Assembly (NCBI RefSeq): GCF_035285525.1
Contig: NZ_JAYKGW010000168.1
Coordinates: 1-32,000 of the forward strand
Direction of reading: 5' to 3'
Length of the DNA stretch: 32,000 nucleotides
Source: Okeania sp.
GTDB taxonomy: Bacteria > Cyanobacteriota > Cyanobacteriia > Cyanobacteriales > Microcoleaceae
This document shows positions 26,733-32,000 of this stretch, one piece after another (the stretch's first letter is position 1; each line of letters opens with the position of its first letter). Below the pieces are notes generated by a model. It did no database searches. It was not told where the DNA came from and saw only the letters and a list, made by a program, of their open reading frames with translations. Made by a program: the position numbers and the translations under genes.

Positions 26733-26899
26733 GTAAGCATTCAGCAGTCAGCTATCAGCTATCAGCTTTGAGTTGCTAACTCATTCTCAAAGGGAAGCAG
26801 AAAGTAGTCTTTCAAGCAGAATTAAAAGTTATCAATAAAATTCGGTAACTAGCTAAGTTTGGTAACTTACTTATTTATGTTCAAAAGCTGAATACTTAG
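26733..26899. mobile_element. MITE-like element, family B (copy B6)
   Basis: Left gtaagcattcagcagtcagctatcagctatcagc; right aaaagctgaatacttag. Confidence 0.65.
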
Positions 26900-27228
26900 G
26901 TAATAATTAACTAAGATTAACTAATAGCCTGATTATTCATAGCTTTTGGCATTACATAAATACGCTTGGGATTTTAATAGTTTTGTGTTTCGGGGAATTT
27001 TGCCCGTTTCTTATATTTTCGGACGGTCAGGATGCCTATCCCACTTATATTCATCCCTTTATTCAGCAACACCAAGCTTTTTACTCTCGTTGCATACTAA
27101 TTATTTATTCTATTAAAAATACAACAGATTTTACTTTGTTTAGGTACACCTGTTGCTGGCAAAATACCTGATCTAGAGGCATTTAATTCTAAGTATGTAT
27201 GTACCTGGAATTTTATGTAATTATTAAT

Positions 27229-27379
27229 GTAAGTATTTAGCTATTAGCAAACCCTATCTCAACCTGAAAATGCCTTTTTAATAAATATAAAATTTTTCAT
27301 AGGTTAAGATTGAATTTACTTCAACTAATCAAACTTTTATCTCAAACTCAAATAAATAGCTGATTGTTGACTGCTTCGC
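27229..27379. mobile_element. MITE-like element, family B (copy B7)
   Basis: Left gtaagtatttagctattagc; right aatagctgattgttgactgcttcgc, ending 20 bp from the hemW stop. The interior is related to the other B copies. Confidence 0.55.
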
Positions 27380-27398
27380 AGAATTATGCCGGAAATAA

Positions 27399-28646
27399 TT
27401 ACTTGCTAAGTTTGCTAAATAAGGTTGATAAAACAGTATTAGAAAACAAAAAACCTTCAGGATCTGTCAATTTTATATATCCTTCTATTGGAAGTTTTTG
27501 GTTGCTAGAGAAAGGGATTACTAAACCTTTTGAATTAATAAATTCTACCCACTTTAATTTTTGATAGGGTTGCAAATAAGTTAATAATTTTTCTACGGTT
27601 TCTTGACCAAACTCCTGAGATAATTTTAACAAATTTACTCCTTTAGCCAACCGGAATTTTAACATCAGTGTTTCTAACAAATAATCTTGATTTGATATGT
27701 CTATACCCTGATTTTCGATACTATTACCTTGAAAAGATAGCACCCATTGATAATATTCTTTTCGGGTGTGCGGTCGGGTAAATCTTTTTCCTTCTACATA
27801 ACTTGCTGCACCCATACCAAATCCATAATAAGAACAATTTTCCCAGTAAACTTGATTATGGCGACATTGATAACCTGGCTTAGCATAATTAGATATCTCA
27901 TAATGTTCATATCCTGAACTTGATATTAACTGCTGTGCCATTCTATACATTTGGGCTGTCGTTTCATCTTGAGGCAAAGGACTATGACCTGATTGATAAT
28001 GACGTCCAAACGCTGTCACAGGTTCTAGTACAAGGTCATAACTGGAGATATGGGTTGGGGAAAGAGCTATTCCTGTTTCTAAGGAAGTTTGCCATTTTTC
28101 TAAAGTTTGGTGTGGCAGTCCAGAAATTAGATCGATACTAAAATTAACAATTCCTGATTGATACAATATGTCTACTGCTTTGTAAATATCTGAGACATTA
28201 TGCGATCGCCCACAAAGTTCCAACAAATCATCTTGGAATGCTTGTACTCCCAAACTGACTCGGTTTACTCCCAGGGATTTATATCCTTGGACTTGTTCTC
28301 GGTCAAAAGTTCCGGGGTCCATTTCTATGGAAATTTCAGCATTGGCCACAATTCCTAATTTTTGTTCTAGGGTATCTAAAATTTGACTTAGTTGGCCTAC
28401 TGACAATAGGGAAGGAGTACCACCGCCAAAGAAAATAGTTTTTAGGGGTTGACAAAAAGATGTTGTTATGTTTATTTCCTGACAGATTACCTCCACATAT
28501 TCTTGAATTTGAGAAAAGTTATCACCTTTTTTAGTATCGCCCACTACAGAGACTGGAAAATCGCAGTAGTAGCAGCGCCTTCGGCAAAAAGGGATATGAA
28601 TATAAGCCGAACTAGGAATGGGGTAATTTCCGACTGGCCTTTTCAC
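27399..28646 (-). CDS. hemW: Radical SAM heme chaperone HemW / HemN-like (oxygen-independent coproporphyrinogen oxidase family)
   Basis: 415-aa ORF. N-terminal YIHIPFCRRRCYYCDF (CxxxCxxC radical-SAM cluster), GGGTPS motif, HemN C-terminal-like domain. Confidence 0.85.
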   Translation of the reverse strand: MKRPVGNYPIPSSAYIHIPFCRRRCYYCDFPVSVVGDTKKGDNFSQIQEYVEVICQEINITTSFCQPLKTIFFGGGTPSLLSVGQLSQILDTLEQKLGIVANAEISIEMDPGTFDREQVQGYKSLGVNRVSLGVQAFQDDLLELCGRSHNVSDIYKAVDILYQSGIVNFSIDLISGLPHQTLEKWQTSLETGIALSPTHISSYDLVLEPVTAFGRHYQSGHSPLPQDETTAQMYRMAQQLISSSGYEHYEISNYAKPGYQCRHNQVYWENCSYYGFGMGAASYVEGKRFTRPHTRKEYYQWVLSFQGNSIENQGIDISNQDYLLETLMLKFRLAKGVNLLKLSQEFGQETVEKLLTYLQPYQKLKWVEFINSKGLVIPFSSNQKLPIEGYIKLTDPEGFLFSNTVLSTLFSKLSK

Positions 28647-29360
28647 TATTAAACACAGTTACAAAATATATCATTTGTCTAACTATCTTAAACAATTATA
28701 AACTTAATGAGAAGTAGTAGTAAGGTAAATCAGAAATATAATATTTTTTGAGGAGGTATAAATATTGCTTAAGTAGAAAGTCGCAAAAATTCCTTACATA
28801 TTTTTTATGCTCTGGTTTTCAAGTAGCTATGTTATTCTTTTTATGGTGTAATTTATTGGTATTATTAAAGTAAAAATAACTATTTTTTGTGAATAATAAA
28901 AGTTGGTTACAAATAAGTTTTCAATAGTATTTACTAAGTAAATATTAATTTTATCGACATATATCAATGATCTCTAAACAGACAAGCTTATTTAGAAAAT
29001 TATTTAATGAATCTGGTATGATTGTTTGATATTTATTCTAAATAAAATCAGTAATAAGTCATTATTTGGGATCAAAAATCAGGTGAAATTAATTAGATTA
29101 TTTTGCTACATAAGCTCTCTAAATACAATTTTTGCTATAAGAAATAACTGTAAAAGGGAATCTGCATTATGAATTGTTGTCAAATTTCCATAAAGTTAAA
29201 ACCTAATAATAAAGATAACCGTAAAGAATGGCATATAACGGTAAAGATATAATAGAAATAATATTGAGCAACCCAAGAATTATGGTTCTTAATCATTATT
29301 GGTGAGTACCTCTTAGGGAAATATCTATATTTTTATAAAACAAAAAACAAACTGAAAAAA

Positions 29361-30449
29361 ATGCTTGACGCAATCATTATCATTTCATTTTTACTTGCTG
29401 GAGCCGGGATAGGTTTCTATAGCATAGAACTTCTACCACCAAATGTCTTACTAGAAGTTACTAATATAGAAGGTTTACGTTCGGTATTATCTGCCTTTAC
29501 CGCTCTGATTGGATTTGTGGTAGGATTAGTCTTTCAAACTACATATCGACGAGTAGAGACAAAAGTCAGTAAGATGCCTGTTGACTTATTATTAACGCGG
29601 GCGATAGGATTGGTTATCGGATTATTGGTAGCAAACTTAATGCTAGCGCCACTTTTTTTACTGCCTATTCCCCAGGAGTTCAGTTTTATTAAACCTTTGG
29701 TAGCAGTTTTAGGTAGTATAATGTTGGGTTTTACAGGAGTTAATGTGGCTGATACTCACGGTCGTGGGTTTTTACGGCTAATTAATCCTAATAGTTTAGA
29801 TGCAGTATTGGTAGCAGAAGGAACTCTGAAACCTGCGAGTACCAAAGTTTTAGATACTAGCTGTATTATTGATGGTAGAATAGAAACTTTATTAGAAACA
29901 GGTTTTCTAGAGGGTCAAATTCTTGTTCCACACTTCGTTTTACAGGAACTACAACTTATTGCTGATGCTGCTAATGATCAAAAGAGAGTCAGAGGTAGAC
30001 GGGGTTTGGATATTTTAAATAGGATCAAAGAGGTTTATCCTTCTCAGATTCAAATCCATTTTGCAGACTATGACGAAATTTCTACTGTGGATGGGAAGTT
30101 GATTAGTTTTGCTCTGGAAATTAATGGTACTCTGCTAACTAATGATTATAATTTGTCTAAGGTTGCTAGTTTACAAAAGGTTCCTGTGTTAAATATTAAT
30201 GATTTGACTCAGGCAATGCGTCCGACTTATTTACCTGGTGATACGATTGAAATTAAAATCCGTAAGGAAGGTAAGGAACCTTCTCAAGGTATTGGTTATT
30301 TAGATGATGGTACGATGGTTGTGGTAGAGTCGGGTAGCGAATATGTTGGTGATGAGGTACGAGTGATTGTGACAAGTTCTTTGCAAACTTCTGCTGGGAG
30401 AATGATTTTTGCTCGTACTCAAGAGTCATTGATAATGAATAATGAATAA
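29361..30449 (+). CDS. Membrane-anchored PIN/TRAM domain protein (YacL-like)
   Basis: 362-aa ORF. About 4 N-terminal TM helices, a PIN-like core (VLDTSCIIDGR...LLTNDYNL), and a C-terminal TRAM-like beta domain (GIGYLDDGTMVVVE...VRVIVTS). Confidence 0.8.
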   Translation: MLDAIIIISFLLAGAGIGFYSIELLPPNVLLEVTNIEGLRSVLSAFTALIGFVVGLVFQTTYRRVETKVSKMPVDLLLTRAIGLVIGLLVANLMLAPLFLLPIPQEFSFIKPLVAVLGSIMLGFTGVNVADTHGRGFLRLINPNSLDAVLVAEGTLKPASTKVLDTSCIIDGRIETLLETGFLEGQILVPHFVLQELQLIADAANDQKRVRGRRGLDILNRIKEVYPSQIQIHFADYDEISTVDGKLISFALEINGTLLTNDYNLSKVASLQKVPVLNINDLTQAMRPTYLPGDTIEIKIRKEGKEPSQGIGYLDDGTMVVVESGSEYVGDEVRVIVTSSLQTSAGRMIFARTQESLIMNNE

Positions 30450-30482
30450 TTATTAATTATTAATTCTCTAAAACCTTAATCT

Positions 30483-30862
30483 GGGGGGCGTTTAACTAAT
30501 TTATCGGTGAAAACTCCTTAACTTAACGGATAAATGTGGGGGTAGGGGGCGGGTTTAACTAATTTATTGGTGACTTCTTCACTTCACTGAGAAACCCGCC
30601 CCTACTAAAAATCATTGATCAAAATGTAGGGGCGGGTTTGAGCAGAGATTTCCCGGTTCCATCTCACATTTATGTAAACCCGCCCTCTTTTCTTTTCTAC
30701 AATAGGGGGTAGGGGGCGGGTTTAACTAATTTATTGGTGACTTCTTCACTTCACTGAGAAACCCGCCCTCTTTTCTACAATATTAAAATAATGTGGGGGT
30801 AGGGGGCGGGTTTAGCTAATTTGTCGGTGACTTCTTAACTTCACTGAGAAACCCGCCCCTAC
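30483..30862 (+). repeat. Tandem array of five GTAG-initiated hairpin elements (family D, REP/REPIN-like)
   Basis: Copies at about 30483-30533 (degenerate), 30542-30605, 30626-30686, 30709-30770 and 30799-30862. All have gtagggg(g)cgggttt ... aaacccgccc(c)tac stems. Three share the loop aactaatttattggtgacttcttcacttcactgag; one has an unrelated loop. The gaps are 20-28 bp. Confidence 0.85.
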
Positions 30863-30890
30863 TAAAAATCATTCATACTCCCTAAAAAAC

Positions 30891-32000
30891 CTAAAATCTG
30901 GTCTCATACTCAACTGACAACACAGAATTATCCTGGAAATTACTACCTCCACGGAAACGTACTTTATCGCTAATTTGATAATTTACAGATAACTCTGTTG
31001 TACCATTAAGTGTGGTTGCGGATGCTCCCACTTTATCTGTCACGTCAATACCAACCTCTAAACCCCAACCTAAACTAGAAGCTTCTTGGGAACCACTTTT
31101 AGGAATAGTTGCAGGAAATACCCGAAACTCACTTAGTCCTGTAGCTTGAACAATATCTTGTTGGATGGTACTAAATAATGCGGTACTGGCTACATTTGCT
31201 AATGCTAAATTTCTGTCTTCACTAAAAGTATTAATAATATTGCCTCCTAATAAACTGACTATTTGCCCTTTTGTTCGTTCTGGGGAACTGGTTAACTGTA
31301 GATTATCTTCTAGTTCTGATAGCAGTCCTCTTGCTTTAGCCATAATATTAATTTTCTGATTGCTATTTAAAGTTCCTGGTGCTGGAGTATCTGCTGTTTC
31401 AGCGTCAAATGCTGTAGTCGATCTGGTTCTTAATGAACCACTGCTTTCAAAAGCTGATGCTAGTAACTGTAGATCTAACATCGGGTTGAGTCCATTGCTA
31501 GGGATAAATGTGGCTTTATTTTTGTAGCTGGGATCTAACCGCAAACTGGTACTAAATAAATTAACGATACCACCTTGTAAGTCTATGGTACCACTAGGGC
31601 GAATATCAGTGACAGTGCCATTTACTGTTAAACCACCTGCCACTTGAAAATTTGCTAATCCTGGACTAATCATTTTGAGGCCGTCTTTCAATATCAACTG
31701 AAAATTATTCAGACCGATCTCAAATGCTCCAGCAGCATCATTTGCTTGATTTCCTGTCGCTCCTGCTAAACCTGCGGCTTCATTTAAAAATATTTTACCA
31801 CGGGATACTTCTATGTCACCACCAATTTCGGGTTGCAAAGCTGCACCTGTAATTAATACTTTGCCATCAATACCTCCTTGGAAAGCTTTTTGGTAGTTTA
31901 TGTTAAGTTGGTCTAGACTAATAGTTAGGGGGTTATTAATATCTACGTCTTGACCGCCTAAAGGTTGCAGCAATGGTAAAACTCCCGTAACTCCAACTGT
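30891..32000 (-). CDS. tamB: TamB/DUF490-family translocation and assembly module protein, C-terminal part (5' end outside the window)
   Basis: The frame stays open to the window edge. Gly/Asn/Thr-rich beta-helix-like repeats, and a C-terminus ending ...SVLSVEYETRF, typical of DUF490. Confidence 0.75.
   Translation of the reverse strand, partial: TVGVTGVLPLLQPLGGQDVDINNPLTISLDQLNINYQKAFQGGIDGKVLITGAALQPEIGGDIEVSRGKIFLNEAAGLAGATGNQANDAAGAFEIGLNNFQLILKDGLKMISPGLANFQVAGGLTVNGTVTDIRPSGTIDLQGGIVNLFSTSLRLDPSYKNKATFIPSNGLNPMLDLQLLASAFESSGSLRTRSTTAFDAETADTPAPGTLNSNQKINIMAKARGLLSELEDNLQLTSSPERTKGQIVSLLGGNIINTFSEDRNLALANVASTALFSTIQQDIVQATGLSEFRVFPATIPKSGSQEASSLGWGLEVGIDVTDKVGASATTLNGTTELSVNYQISDKVRFRGGSNFQDNSVLSVEYETRF

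Noticed and set aside
30483-30862. Regularly spaced repeats that might be a CRISPR array
   Set aside because: The repeats are about 62-64 bp long self-complementary hairpins and the gaps are only 20-28 bp and AT-rich. That is the inverse of CRISPR geometry (28-37 bp repeats, 30-40 bp unique spacers). One repeat has a different interior, there are no cas genes, and the same element occurs singly at 1764-2187.
2844-31359. Antisense or shadow ORFs inside genes (2844-3092, 5214-5462, 10027-10248, 12900-13091, 18043-18297, 23813-24040, 27920-28141, 28449-28652, 31165-31359) and spacer ORFs 7452-7673, 26983-27171, 27364-27564
   Set aside because: Each is opposite or overlapping a strongly supported gene, or lies in repeat DNA. 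None has recognisable motifs.

Overview
AT-rich chromosomal segment of a cyanobacterium. The style is filamentous, Nostocales- or Trichodesmium-like, but the species cannot be named without a database search. Phylum-level evidence read from the sequence: psbD (PSII D2), a clpR-clpP3 pair, an SLH+OprB-type porin, HIP1 octamers GCGATCGC (8642, 8708, 12095, 15279, 19292, 22236, 28202), and STRR-like heptamer tandem repeats. I support 23 intact protein genes (one runs off the window end) and one tRNA-Asn(GUU). The genes are mostly housekeeping: a PTPS-like/SDR pair and a glycosyltransferase, a K+ channel, a CaCA antiporter, a TPR-FkbM methyltransferase, two J-proteins, clpP3/clpR, a VWA protein, cysK, a porin, pterin-4a-carbinolamine dehydratase, psbD, a UPF0367-like protein plus an ABC ATPase, a NYN protein, DUF1830, hemW, a PIN/TRAM protein and tamB. 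Only about 59 percent of bases lie in credible genes (hand sum about 18.9 kb of 32 kb). Almost every spacer is filled by short TIR-bounded MITE-like elements (families A, B/C, E, F) and by GTAG-initiated hairpin (REP/REPIN-like) elements, some in tandem arrays. No complete novel multi-gene system is evident. The observations most worth follow-up are four. (1) Two co-oriented decayed IscB (RNA-guided HNH/RuvC nuclease) remnants bracket a monocistronic psbD and the pcd gene, with a possible HEARO/omega-RNA relic upstream of the 5' remnant. (2) A roughly 300-nt GC-rich (52 percent) structured region lies between psbD and pcd; it has its own promoter-like boxes, a perfect SD plus a 23-codon micro-ORF, and a strong intrinsic terminator 22 nt before the pcd ATG. 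(3) A PTPS-like T-fold protein lacking the canonical catalytic Cys is translationally coupled to an SDR near a BGluT-like glycosyltransferase. (4) MITE termini supply stop codons or abut start codons of several genes.
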